A stretch of 63,931 nucleotides of DNA, counting the filler, from Trypethelium eluteriae (taxonomy: Eukaryota), in NCBI GenBank assembly GCA_051942245.1. It is 3 parts of 3 records of this genome, joined end to end, with 100 filler letters (N's around TTAATTAATTAA, not from the genome) between each part and the next. Parts side by side here need not be neighbours in the genome. Positions count along the whole stretch, not along the records: positions 22,429 to 44,738 come from JAVECL010000447.1; 2 more parts are not named here. One strand, given 5' to 3'. Below are positions 23,470-34,635 of this stretch, piece by piece. Below the pieces are notes generated by a model. It was not told the DNA's origin. It searched no databases and saw nothing but the letters and a program-made list of their open reading frames with translations. How positions within the stretch are numbered: the first letter of the stretch is position 1; every line of letters begins with the position of its first letter. A program made the position numbers and the translations under genes.

Positions 23470-25391
23470 CTACTCACAATGATCTATTCCAACAAATGCT
23501 TCTTTTGAGATATAATCCGACAGTAATCGTGCAGTCTGTTCGTGGCCATTTCTTTCTGCTAGGGCGATCGGCGTTTCACCTTCATCCGTTTTGACATCGA
23601 CATCGCATCCGTTCTGAGCAAGAAGAAGTTCAACAATTTGAGCTTGCCCCTCGTGAGCCGCTATATGCAACGGGGTCCAAGATCGTTGGTTCCCGAGATC
23701 TGGGGAAGCAGAATACTGCAACAGAAGCCGGACCAAATCGGTATTGTGGTGATGACATGCCTCTGCCAACGCAGTCCGGCCGCTACTACTGTTTGCACTG
23801 TCGACATTGACCTTGCCAGTCTCGAGAATGGCTCTGACGGTGCGGACACAACCATTTCTGGCAGCTTTGACAATGGGTAGGCAACCAAGATGGTCTTCAG
23901 TGTCGAGATTTGCACCCTTCTCAATGAAGTGAATAGCGACATCCTCATGACAGTGGGCGCAAGCTGCTCGACAATGGATAGGTGTCCTTTCATAGCAGCT
24001 AAACCCAGTGCTGTATCTCGACGGTCGTTCTGGGATCTCGCATTCACCTTGGCACCAGCTCGGTACAGTAGACCAACGATAAAAAGATGGCCATGCTCAG
24101 CAGCTTTCATCAAAGGTAAGCCGCCGCACGCTCCAGCTTGATCTGGAGCTGCTTTCTGGTCCAGGAGTGATTTCACAGTGGCGTCATCCCCATTCACTGA
24201 GAAATTGAACAAAGCCGAGTTGCCGGCCGGGTCCTTCGCATCCAACTCGGGGCCGTACTTTAATACCCAGGATATCTCTTCACTCGCTGAATACTGGATG
24301 GGCTGGGAGTGAGCAACATCGACCGCCGATTGATCGGCACCTTTCTGGAGGAGAAGTCGAGTTGCCAATACGTGATTTGCTTTCACAGCCAGGTGGAGTG
24401 GAGTCGAGAAAGTATCATCCTCAGCATTGACATCTGCACCTTTTCGAATGAGATAGGATACAATCTCTGTGAGGCCATTCTTGGCTGCCAAATGAAGGGG
24501 TGATTGACCCTGGCTGTCAGCTTCTCTAATGACCTCGGGTCGTTTGCGTAATAAGGCCTGGATCTCCCTTGCAGAGCCCTTTTCGATCAGCTCGTGTATA
24601 CTGCCATCATCTTGGCTCTTATCTTGAGCGCTTTCTCGTATCTCTACAGGAGCGGAATTTAGACTCAGATTTGCAAATGAAAGAGAGCTTATCAGATCGC
24701 GGGTCTGATCATGCTGAGCGGTGAGAATGTTCATCAGGATGTCGGTTTGCGAGTTGAGCTGAGACGTGAAGAGTAATTGCAGATTTCTGACGGAACCCAG
24801 GATTCTTCTTTCTCCGCGATCGAGATCGCCAAATCTCGTGGTTTGCTCTGCAGCCATCAACCTCTGACGTAAGCTATCGATCGAATCAGCCCAGTTCAAG
24901 GGGTTCTATGGGTTTAGTACAGTGTTAAAATTAAGAGTCACTCACCTCATAGACTGCAGCAAGACGCTGTTAATCTGCTCTTGGAAGCTTTTCATTCGTT
25001 TGGCCATATTCTCGACTTTTTCCCTGCTGTATACCGTCTTGATTGCTTGCCGTACACTTTTGAAGGCAGACCGGCCTTGGTAGCTGCGGAGGGAACTTAG
25101 GCATTCTATAAGTTCCATAGCACCGCCGTTACAGTCATGCCCTAGACGTGCAAGAATAACGTCGTCGTTGTCAAGATCTGAACTATCGCTATCGTTTCTC
25201 GTCAAGCTCTGCGAAAGTTGTTGATTGCGTAATATTAACTCTTTTGCACACTTCTCTATATCGCGATTTTCCTTGATCGAGCCATCTACGGAGCGGCCTA
25301 TTTCATTTGCCTTTGAAAGGAGTCTCACGGAATAATCTGCAACTTGCAGGACATTGCTGACCAAACCAAGCGCTGTAATAGGATCGATCAT
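23470..25391 (-). pseudogene. HeLo-like/SesA-like (fungal STAND N-terminal) domain + ankyrin repeats, no NTPase; frameshifted near 23960; intron 24945-24874
   Basis: N-term MIDPITALGLVSNVLQVADYSVRLL..KSVRQAIKTVYSREKVENMAKRMKSFQEQIN; many ANK repeats (SPLHLAAKNG, TPLHLAVKAN, TALGLAAMKGH); the ANK reading continues in another frame (ACAHCHEDVAIHFIEKGANLD..TPLHIAAHEG) to stop at 23470. Confidence 0.8.
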
Positions 25392-26099
25392 TCTCCGTAT
25401 TGGGAGGTGGCTCAATGCAAGGAGTCCGACGATGGGCCGCGTTGTCGCCGTGAACGCTGCGCAGAATTCAGTTACCGTGTATCAAACTATATTGGTTGTT
25501 GTATCGGATCTGTGGGAGATCTGAAAGGCTGTTGTTTTGGTAGCGGTGGCCGTGTTCTGGCGTATGTAAGATCGGTTAGTGCCTCCATCAAGGCTTACCA
25601 TATAGCACAGCCATCATCAAGGCTGTGCTTCTTGTCATTACAGTCAGCCAAGGAGCCCAAGGAAGATCCTCGGAGCTCAGCCCAAACACAATCCTTATCA
25701 TTGTGGGTCTGAATACGTCTTCATGCTGCGGACTCCATAGGTAAGGTAGTAAGTACGTGATGGTAATGCTGCTAGATGCGAAGCGCCAATTGGCAGCTCG
25801 ACCGGGGACGTCGGAATTCACGGTAAGCCCATCCACGGCGTGAGACTCGTTCCTGTGAAGTTATCAGACCCGATTCACGCTAGCATTTACTATTTGCCTC
25901 AATCAGACAGATCAGAGACCAGTGCATGTGCTCCAGGATTGCGAGCGATCGAAATCACTCCTGCGCAGACATGGAGCTTGCCGCATAGGGGGCAATCGAC
26001 GGCACTAAAACGTTCCGGGACTAGAGTAGAGCATGTGGTTAGGTACCCAAGCACCTAAGGTGCCACGGCACGGGACGGGTACCTACTCCGTACAACTTG

Positions 26100-26375
26100 T
26101 ACAGTCACCCCGCATTAGTCTCCGGACACTCCCGCTAATTCTCACCAAAATCTGATTACTTTAAGTATTTTTATAAATTGGGAGACAACAATTATTAAAT
26201 TTATGTTGGAATTTTAATTTAAGGCTGTAAAAATATAATAAAAAAAAGATGAAGGCCTTCATGTATTACTTTTTTATTTTAATAGTCAATTAAAGTTTGG
26301 ATTTTGTATCCCCACCTATTTTGGGTGAGGCGTGGGGATTTTGTATGTTGGGAAATTAATGCGCTAGTACTTGTA
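26100..26375. mobile_element. Degenerate AT-rich MITE-like relic between the head-to-head genes
   Basis: Begins TA|CAGTCACCCCGCATTA; only patchy inverted similarity at the right end (TAATGCG, TTTTGGGTGAG); very AT-rich core 26155-26300. Confidence 0.35.
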
Positions 26376-26449
26376 GGTAGGCTGAGGAGGCCCATGCGTC
26401 TTCACTCTCGACCCCATCATCCGAATTCCAACCATGAATGTTGTCAAGA

Positions 26450-29015
26450 ATGGCTGCGCGGTCTTATGCAACCGTCTACAGAATCCTTGGAGTGCCTCTG
26501 GAGTACGACCGAAAGCGATTAAGAACCGCTTTGATATCCATTTTTGCACTTTCAGGAACAAAGCACATCAGAATTCATTCTTTAGCCCCTAATTACACCT
26601 TATCACGCCCTTCACAAGTTGCAACAGTTACCTTTGAGAATGACCCTAGTGTATTATTATCTGGGAAGAGGGAGGGTCCATTCGCGTTACCCAGTGAAGA
26701 TAGCAGCGGTGACAGCGACGATGAAGATGCGCTTGACCGAGCGAAGATTACGCTTGATACGCGGTTCGAAGGCCTGACACCCCTCAGATCTTTCAGTGAT
26801 GAGGACGATCACCAGGTCGAGTAAGTGGTTTTTTATTTTGAAGGCATGGTATCGAGATCTCTTCATCGGACACTCGAAAGCCATTCCACGCTCGGAAGGA
26901 AAGCATTGGGAAATGCCTCTAAAGACGGTCAATCCTCAAGGAATCCCAAGTTCTGTACTAAAAACTTTGTGATAGCTGTATTGCAATCTGTGGCCTTGGG
27001 GGTCATGCATTTGGCTCTTTCAAAGAGAAGGGCGGAGACTATATGTGGCTCCGTGACTCTTTGCCAAGAGACCTTCCGAATACTCAAATATACCTGTATG
27101 GATACGATTCTCACCTGGCCCTCAGTGAGTCCTTTCAGGATATACCTACATTAGCATCGGCACTACAACAGACCATAAGACGACTTACGATCCATTGCCG
27201 ACCGAAAGTATGACAAAAATGACTTTCATGTGGGCTCCAGGGACTGACCTTGCTAGAATCGAGTCATTCCAAGACCATTAGTGTTCATTGCTCACAGCCT
27301 CGGGGGTATCCTTCTGAAACAGGTATATTCTCCCCAGATGATTCAACTCAGATGTCGCCTTGGTCTGTACATCTGAACCGACTGACTGTATGACCTTTAG
27401 GCCATTGTACAAATGGCACAGGATCCAAATGATCGGATGATTCCCTACTTTATTATTGGGGCGTTGTTTTTTGGTGTACCTAATCAAGGCATGGAAATTA
27501 ATTCCTTGCGGACAATGGTTCAAGGTCAACCTAACGAGCCGCTACTTTTGCAACTAGGACAAGGCTCGGACTTTCTCCAGAAGCTCACACAAGATTTCGA
27601 ACAGGCTTTTCCGTTCCCAGATTCCAGTATTATCTGCTTTTGCGAGACTCGGCTGTCTCCTACAGCGACTCGAAACCCGCAGGTAAGCTCGGTCCAAGGA
27701 AACAAGAGCTCGCTAATGTGGTATTCAGACAGGAAACTGGAAAATGGGGGGACCTCCGATCAAACTGGTCGATCCCTCTTCCGCAATGAGTGGTCGCGTC
27801 CTCGATCAACAGCACCAATTGAACCCCATTGATCGAAATCACTCCGAATTGGTCAAATTTGCTCTTCATGATGAGATGTATGATACAGTGTCTCACAGAC
27901 TGCAGTATCTCTGTCAGATTGCTTCATCGCGAATATACCAGCGTTTCCCGAACCTTGAATTCGCCTTGCATGACGCCGTGGAGAACGGCAACGGCACTCT
28001 TACTGAATCTCTCCTCCGTTGTGGCGCAGATCCTCAGAAAGAGGTGCGATCAACGCAAAATGTATTAACACCTATCCATCTTGCCGCAGCTGCAGGGCAT
28101 TCTAAAGTCATCCAAACGCTGATCAAGTACGGAGCGAAACATACCCCGCACGATCTTGCGCAGAGTTCAACAACTTCACCACTACATTTTGCAGCGTGGC
28201 AAGGCAGAGCCAAATCGGCTCTTTTGCTTCTTGCAATGGGTGCAAACGTGATGATTTGCGGAGCGCTTAAGAATACACCGCTGCACTTTGCAGCAATGAA
28301 GGGACATCCTGACTTGGTCGATATCCTGGTAGGACATGGCGCACACATAAACGCTCAAAATTACCAAGGTGCAACGCCACTACATCACGCTCTCGAAGCA
28401 GCTAGAGGCAATAACACCGATCGAAGGGCCGAGACCATACGCAGACTGGTAGCACTTGGTGCTAGAATCAACATTCTGGCTCGTGACGGCAAGACTGCTC
28501 TAGGAAACGCTATATATCATGGATTAGCTAAAGCGCTAGACAACTGGCTAAGCTGAGGGGCTCTCAATGTGAATTTTCGCAGTGAACCTCAAGACTGGAC
28601 TGCTCTGCATCTAGCAGCATTGACCGGGAACTCTCAGCCGACGAAACTCCTTCTCAATGCTGGTGCGGATGTCGATGCAGTCGATCACTATCACGAGACA
28701 GCTTTATGTTGTACATGTTCTGGAGGTCACGTGTCTGTCGTAATGGATCTCCTCAGTGTTAGTGCTAGAACCGACATCCAAAGCTCTAGCTCTCTCACGC
28801 TAAAAGGAGTAGCATCATATCACGGGCATTTAGAAGTCGTCAGGCCTCTTGAAGAAAAAGAAGCTGCAGTAGCAAAGACAGCACGGAAGAAGGCGAAGGC
28901 AGCAAAGGGTAGCAAAGGGCAATCCAGCAGAAGACCAAGACACTCCAACTCTGAACGAAGTTCAAACCATGTGATCATCGTCAAGAGGAAGCCGGGAATC
29001 AGTTATCTGGCGTGA
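26450..29015 (+). pseudogene. SesB-like alpha/beta hydrolase + ankyrin repeats (copy 1), in-frame TGA at 28554-28556; introns 26821-26975, 27208-27256, 27323-27400, 27683-27728
   Basis: Spliced: CIAICGLGGHAFGSFK, MWLRDSLPRDLP, YLYGYDS, PLVFIAHSLGGILLKQA, ALFFGVPNQG, FCET, IDRNHSELVKF, then ANK repeats; the 28569-29015 ANK ORF is in frame after the TGA. May encode a truncated but functional product. Confidence 0.82.
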
Positions 29016-30448
29016 CAATGCTCGGACTATGAAGCCGCTTCTACAGCGATACGACAACGCAATACATTCTGCAACAGGCCGTATCATAGTATCCGCTTAG
29101 CTTCCTGTCCACGTCAATTGTTATATACCAATAACAGCGTCATCCTGTGCCCAAGCAATGGGTGTGATCGGACTAAGAATATAATGACGGATCTGGAGGG
29201 GACTCTGCAGAAATAGCCAACAAAAGATATCCGCCCAAGCCCTCTTGCTTTTTTGAGTGGGGTCTACCTCCGATCACGGTTTGTTCTATGTCTTGATATT
29301 ATTCTGTCATGGATTGAATGCGGACAGCTTGCTGCCTGGCTTGCCGGCAGTGTATAGTCTATCCATTTTTTCTTGAATCAGACGTCCGAGCGCGTCTGGT
29401 GTTTTACGGAAAGCGTGTTGGCTTGCTGCATGGGCATGGGCATGATGCCCCGAATCATTTCGTATGATGGCGTACGCTTCAGTATAGAATCGCTTCCGTG
29501 ATGATGAAGTGTAGCCCTCGAGGGGAGACATCGGATTCTGTTCCCAGAGGTTATTAGCATCGCCGATGCATTTAGTCATCTGTGCTATGAGACCGGAGAG
29601 TGCATCCTATCCATATTGAATGATAGGCAACTAAAGGTACCAGAAAATGGTCCTAAACACATTACAGATCCTTAATAATGCGACGCGTACGTATACTGCA
29701 AAGATATCTCTCCTAGCGACGTCACAATAGCACTCGCCTAAATCGAATGATGTTGCACAAGGAGCAAAACTGGATGATTGCGCCAAAGCACCTTCTTTCA
29801 AAAGGCGTGAACCGCTTCAAATACTAAATCCGGTTAGAAGTATTAGTCCCTTACTCCGTCGTTCTTGATCTTAGGACCCATGCTTTATTGGCGCCTTTAA
29901 TTAGGCCTCCTCTGAACCGTGGCTGAGCTCACACTGAACCGAGCTGAGTCACCGCGGTATGCTACCAAGTCTTGAAATCGTGCCCACATAGATCGTAGAG
30001 GCCAGAGGAGATGAGCGAACCATTAGAGTAGCAGCCTGGGCCCTGGCTGAACTACTCTGAACATGCTTTGAAGGCGCCCTGAGCCGCGGCAAGTCACTGT
30101 AAGCCAGTAGAGTATGAGCGAGCATGGACGTAGCTTGACTTAGTATGATTTGATCTCAATGGTGCCTGGCCCCTGAAATTATCATTCTCTACCTTGGGCA
30201 ATTGACTGTAATTTTTGATGGTACATTCAAAAGCTTCCGGACTGTTGTAAAGGTCCAAGAGCAGCGGAAGGCGCTGGAGCTCGAGGCTGAACGCGGGGCG
30301 CTCAAGAGATTCAGCTCCAACTCCATGCCGCATCATTCACTCGGCACAACACACAAGCTGCGCTACAGATTTCTACTTCATTCTCGAGCTCGACACAGCT
30401 CTGCTAAGACTGTTTTCCTCCTTGTCCCGTCTCCGTGCTGCCTCCACA

Positions 30449-30901
30449 ATGGCGAACAACCTCCCCCCCATCCCCCTCGCCTATCGCATCCTCCTCCTCT
30501 GGTTCGAACCACTCGCAGCTTTCAACGGCGCCCTCCTCTGCCTCTTCTCGCCCTCCACCTTCCTCCGCACCTTCACTGTCCTCCCTTACGTCGCCGCCTC
30601 ACAAGTGATCTACGACCAACTCGCTGCTTGCTACGTTCTTTTCGCATGGAACGAAGCCATCGTCTTGCGCTACAGCCAAGATCTTCGGGTTTGGAAGGCA
30701 ATTGTATTGGGTATACTGGTGTGTGATATGGTGCATCTGTACGCGAGCTGGCATGCGCTGAGCACGGAGGTGTTTTTGAGACCCTGGCTGTGGAGGGCTG
30801 AGGAGTGGGTGAATCACGCGTTGCTTTACGGGCCCGGGGCGATGAGGGTGGCGTTCTTGATGGAGGTTGGGTTTGGGAAGGAGAAAAAGAAGAGAAATTG
30901 A
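30449..30901 (+). CDS. Small conserved-type fungal multi-pass membrane protein of unknown function
   Basis: 150-aa intronless ORF with about 4 hydrophobic segments (YRILLLWFEP, QLAACYVLFAWNEAIVLR, DLRVWKAIVLGILVCDMVHL, RVAFLMEVG) and a C-terminal KKKRN. Confidence 0.8.
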   Translation: MANNLPPIPLAYRILLLWFEPLAAFNGALLCLFSPSTFLRTFTVLPYVAASQVIYDQLAACYVLFAWNEAIVLRYSQDLRVWKAIVLGILVCDMVHLYASWHALSTEVFLRPWLWRAEEWVNHALLYGPGAMRVAFLMEVGFGKEKKKRN

Positions 30902-32124
30902 TATAGAATGTGGGCGAAATAAGAAGTCGAAAGCAGTGAGACGGCGTCGGCGGCATGGCGTTTACTAAGTCTTTGAGCGAAGATTGAAATATTGCTCGGG
31001 TGTGAGGCCTTCGTGGAGAGTGCCGGAAAAGAGGTAGACTGTGAGTGACCTGTCTCTGGACGACGTATACTTGGACGAGGCGCTGCTATGAATAAGACCG
31101 TGGCCCTCTGAGCGCCGGGAAAACACGCATAACGCCTTGAGAACATTATTTGAACGGGATAATTTTCTACAGGATGTTCTCCTTGCGCTATGCGTATTTA
31201 CCCAATGCTTAGTATACTACATGGGGAGAGAAACTCCAACAGAGAGTCTTCTTATGATAGGCCGTGTGGAGACACTGGAGCAGAGTAGACAGCAATTTTT
31301 GCCCATCTCTGGGCATGAGCATTTCTGCGAGAGTTGCGTGGCGAAATCTACGTTCACTCGAATCCAGCAATGAAGTTCCTGAGCTCTAATGAAGTGCATT
31401 TCGCCTATGTAGCTATTTCCGGGAAGAAACTTGAGGCTCTCGACCTCGGGAGCCCCCAAAGAGTGCAAGTACCATTTGAAGCAGTGGTTATGGCGAACAC
31501 AAGGTGAAACATATTCTTGATATTAGTCAATCGCAATTTTCACGGGAGAACACGTAGGAAAGGCGGAAAGATCCTACAGGCGGTCTGCCGGTGGAGCGAT
31601 CTTCCTTGATACTCTACCTAACGTTCGTTTCCTACGCCAAGTTTGGAAATTTGCCTTCCGCATGACTAAGCTAAGCAACCTCTGATGTCATATTTTGAGG
31701 CTTGGTAAATTTGAATGGAGATGGCTGACACTTTTGCCTTGTAAATCAAGAGCTCAGCAGAGGCTTACTGGGCTGTGCTAGGCAGATTACTCCACGGAGT
31801 ACTCCGTAGATGCAGACTCGGAAGACATTGCACCTCTATTCCTCGGTTCGAGATGCGAACTCTTCTGGACGCACTCCGTACAATACAGCCTTTCCCCGTT
31901 GTTATCAGCCCTGCTCACCACTAATGGCACCTGCATCAGCGCAAGCCTTTCGTTATAAATTAAACAGCGTCAGCCACTGCTTATTGCAAGAAACGGTCAG
32001 TGGTTCGCGAGTCAGATTGATCAAGCTGAGGCTGGGACCGGTAGGTTTATCTACCTGGGACGTCCGCAATGAGACGATACCTACTTCTTTGACCTATTGG
32101 GGGTATACCGGGATGCGATGGGAG

Positions 32125-34635
32125 ATGGGAACCAAACAGTACTCAACAGTGTATAGGGTGCAAGGCATACCTATGGAATATCGGAAGAAACAGTTGAAGG
32201 AAGCGTTGACCTCAATTTTTCATCTCCTAGAGACAGAAAATTTTGTTCGCATTTACTCTTTAGCGCCAAATTATACGTGGTCTCGCTCTTTGAAGGTAGC
32301 TACGATAACCTTCGATAAGGAAATAGAAGTCTTATCGGAAGGCAAAAAAGAAGCATGCTTTGTCGTCCCTACCGGAGATACTGACGACGATGACGACGAT
32401 GGTGCGTTTTCTCAACGCGTCACATTCAAGCTCGATGTGCACTTCGAAGGCCTGACACCTTTGCGTGCATTCAGGAACGAAAGAGATCATCTCATTGAGT
32501 AAGTGCCCTATGAGCAATCACAATCCTTGGCGGTATGCCGCAAGCTTTCGACTGAGCCATCCTGCATAGCGTCGTCGCCGTAACTGGTCTTGGAGGCCAT
32601 GCCTATGGGTCATTCAAGGAAAGAGGCGGAGATCACATGTGGCTTCGCGACTCTCTCCCACAGGATCTAGAAGCGGCGCAAATATATCTGTATGGATATG
32701 ACTCGCACTTGTCAAACAGCCAGTCTTTCCAAGGGATTGTGGCATTGGCGACTACTTTGAGACAGCGCCTACAAAGACTCAGAAGAGTATCCGAACATGA
32801 CGATAGGCCGGTCCCAAGGCCCTTGATTTTTATTGCTCACAGCCTTGGTGGCATCCTTGTCAAAGAGGTGTGTACGACCTCTTCATAAAGAGAAGGACCA
32901 GCTCTTTCAGCGTTGTGTCTGATCAGACCTTGAACTTCCACAGGCTTTAGTGCAGATGCAAGATGACCCTCACGATCAGAGAATGCTCAAGACGGTGTTT
33001 GGGGCTCTTTTCTTCGGTGTTCCCAATCATGGGATGGATATCACATCTCTACGCACAATGGTCCGAGGACAGCCAAATGAGAATTTAGTCACACAACTAG
33101 GTCCTGATTCAGACATCCTGGATAGGCTGGCTTCCGACTTTGATAGGGTTTTCAACTTTTCGGACTCCCGCATAGTATGCTTTTGCGAGACAGCTTTGTC
33201 CCCTACAGCAGTAGAAGACCCTGCAGTAAGTTGTGGCAATACATCAATCTGATTTTCCATCCATAGCAAACCAGATGAACTCACGATCTTTTAGACGGGA
33301 GTATGGAAGCTTACCGGGCCTCCTGTGAAACTCGTTGGCAATTTCTCAGCAAAAAGTGGTCGCCCACGTGATCGCGAGTCCTACCAACTCAACCCTATCA
33401 ATCGCAACCATTCTGATCTTGTAAAATTCCCTTTGTACGATGATGTGTATGAGACCGTTCGGTCAACACTGCGGGGATTTGCGTCGATTGCGCCGAGAGT
33501 CATCTACAGTCGCTTCCCTTTGGATTCGAGCTTAGGATTGCATGAAGCCGCCAAAAAGGGAAACGTCGATCGAGCTCATCTACTTCTGTCATGCGGAGTT
33601 GATCCAGATGAAAGTGATGCTGATACAATGACACCCATGCATCTCGCTGCTCAACGTGGACACGTCGAACTCATTCGGATACTCGCAAATTTTGGGGCGA
33701 GTATAGATCAGGAAGGCGGCCAAAACCGGGAGACTCCGCTTCACTGTGCCGTGGCGGAAGGCTGTACTGAGGCTGTCCAGACCATCGTGGAGAACGGCGC
33801 TGACATTCACGCGCGAGAGGCATATGGTGACACGGCCTTGCATCTTGCAGCAGAACTAGGCCACGCCGACATCATTCGGATACTGGTGCAATATGGCGCT
33901 CGGATTGATGGTAGAAACAGGACAAAAGACGGCAAGACCGTTCTCCAGGCTGCCGTGGAGGCTGAGATTAAAATGAGCTACCAGGGAAAAAGAAACGAAG
34001 CCCTTGATACGCTCGTGGCTCTTGGTGCCGACGTCAATGTCGGAGGTGGTTTGGAGACACCACTACATTGCGCCGTACGGGCTGGCAGTGTACGGGCTGC
34101 TCGCATTCTTCTAAACGGCGGTGCAAACGTCAATGTGTCGGAACCAAGGAACTTCGAATCACCTCTGCATGCGGGGGTAATTGCCGGAAATGCCGAGTTG
34201 ACGTGTCTGCTATTAGAGAAAGGCGCGTATGTCAACGCAAGAGACAGTAGGGGAAGAACGCCTCTATTCCTCGCTGCAGAGAAGTGTCACTCGACTGTGA
34301 TACCGGAGCTTCTTCGCTACGATCCTGATATTTTTGTTCAAGACTTTGAGCATAAGCTTACCGCATTAGAGATTTCCCGCCGAAAGATGCACTCGGCAAC
34401 AATGCAGGTCCTAGAAGGGCATACATCTCTATCAACAACTTCTATTGAGGAAGGAAAAATACAAAATAGTAAGTACGGTCTCAGACAATTACTTGCATTT
34501 CTTGTTGAAGCCTCTGTACATATATGCTCACCACTTACAGATATTCCAAGCGCTCCAACCGCGGCCGACGTTCTTCTCGATTTCCCCAATTACGAAATCG
34601 ATCCTTCGCCATTTGCCGATAATGGACAGGGCTAA
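32125..34635 (+). CDS. SesB-like alpha/beta hydrolase + ankyrin repeats (copy 2, apparently intact); introns 32499-32569, 32868-32943, 33226-33294, probably 34469-34540
   Basis: Spliced: VVAVTGLGGHAYGSFK, MWLRDSLPQDL, YLYGYDS, PLIFIAHSLGGILVKEA, ALFFGVPNHG, FCET, INRNHSDLVKF, then about 8 ANK repeats; clear paralogue of 26450-29015; no P-loop seen. Confidence 0.88.

Noticed and set aside
24600..24873. Amyloid signalling motif (HET-s PFD, sigma, PP) in the effector-ANK genes
   Set aside because: No G/N/Q-patterned motif seen in the linkers or termini; the linkers look helical or P/S-rich.
28554..28559. Programmed readthrough or A-to-I correction of the TGA
   Set aside because: Context TGA-GGG is not the TGA-CTA readthrough motif and the organism's editing capacity is unknown; a nonsense mutation is simpler.
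29307..29579. 90-aa minus-strand ORF inside the SesB cluster
   Set aside because: No recognisable motif or clear gene structure; cannot be supported.
31810..32124. N-terminal extension of SesB-ANK copy 2
   Set aside because: Paralogue alignment places the start at 32125; the upstream region looks like promoter.
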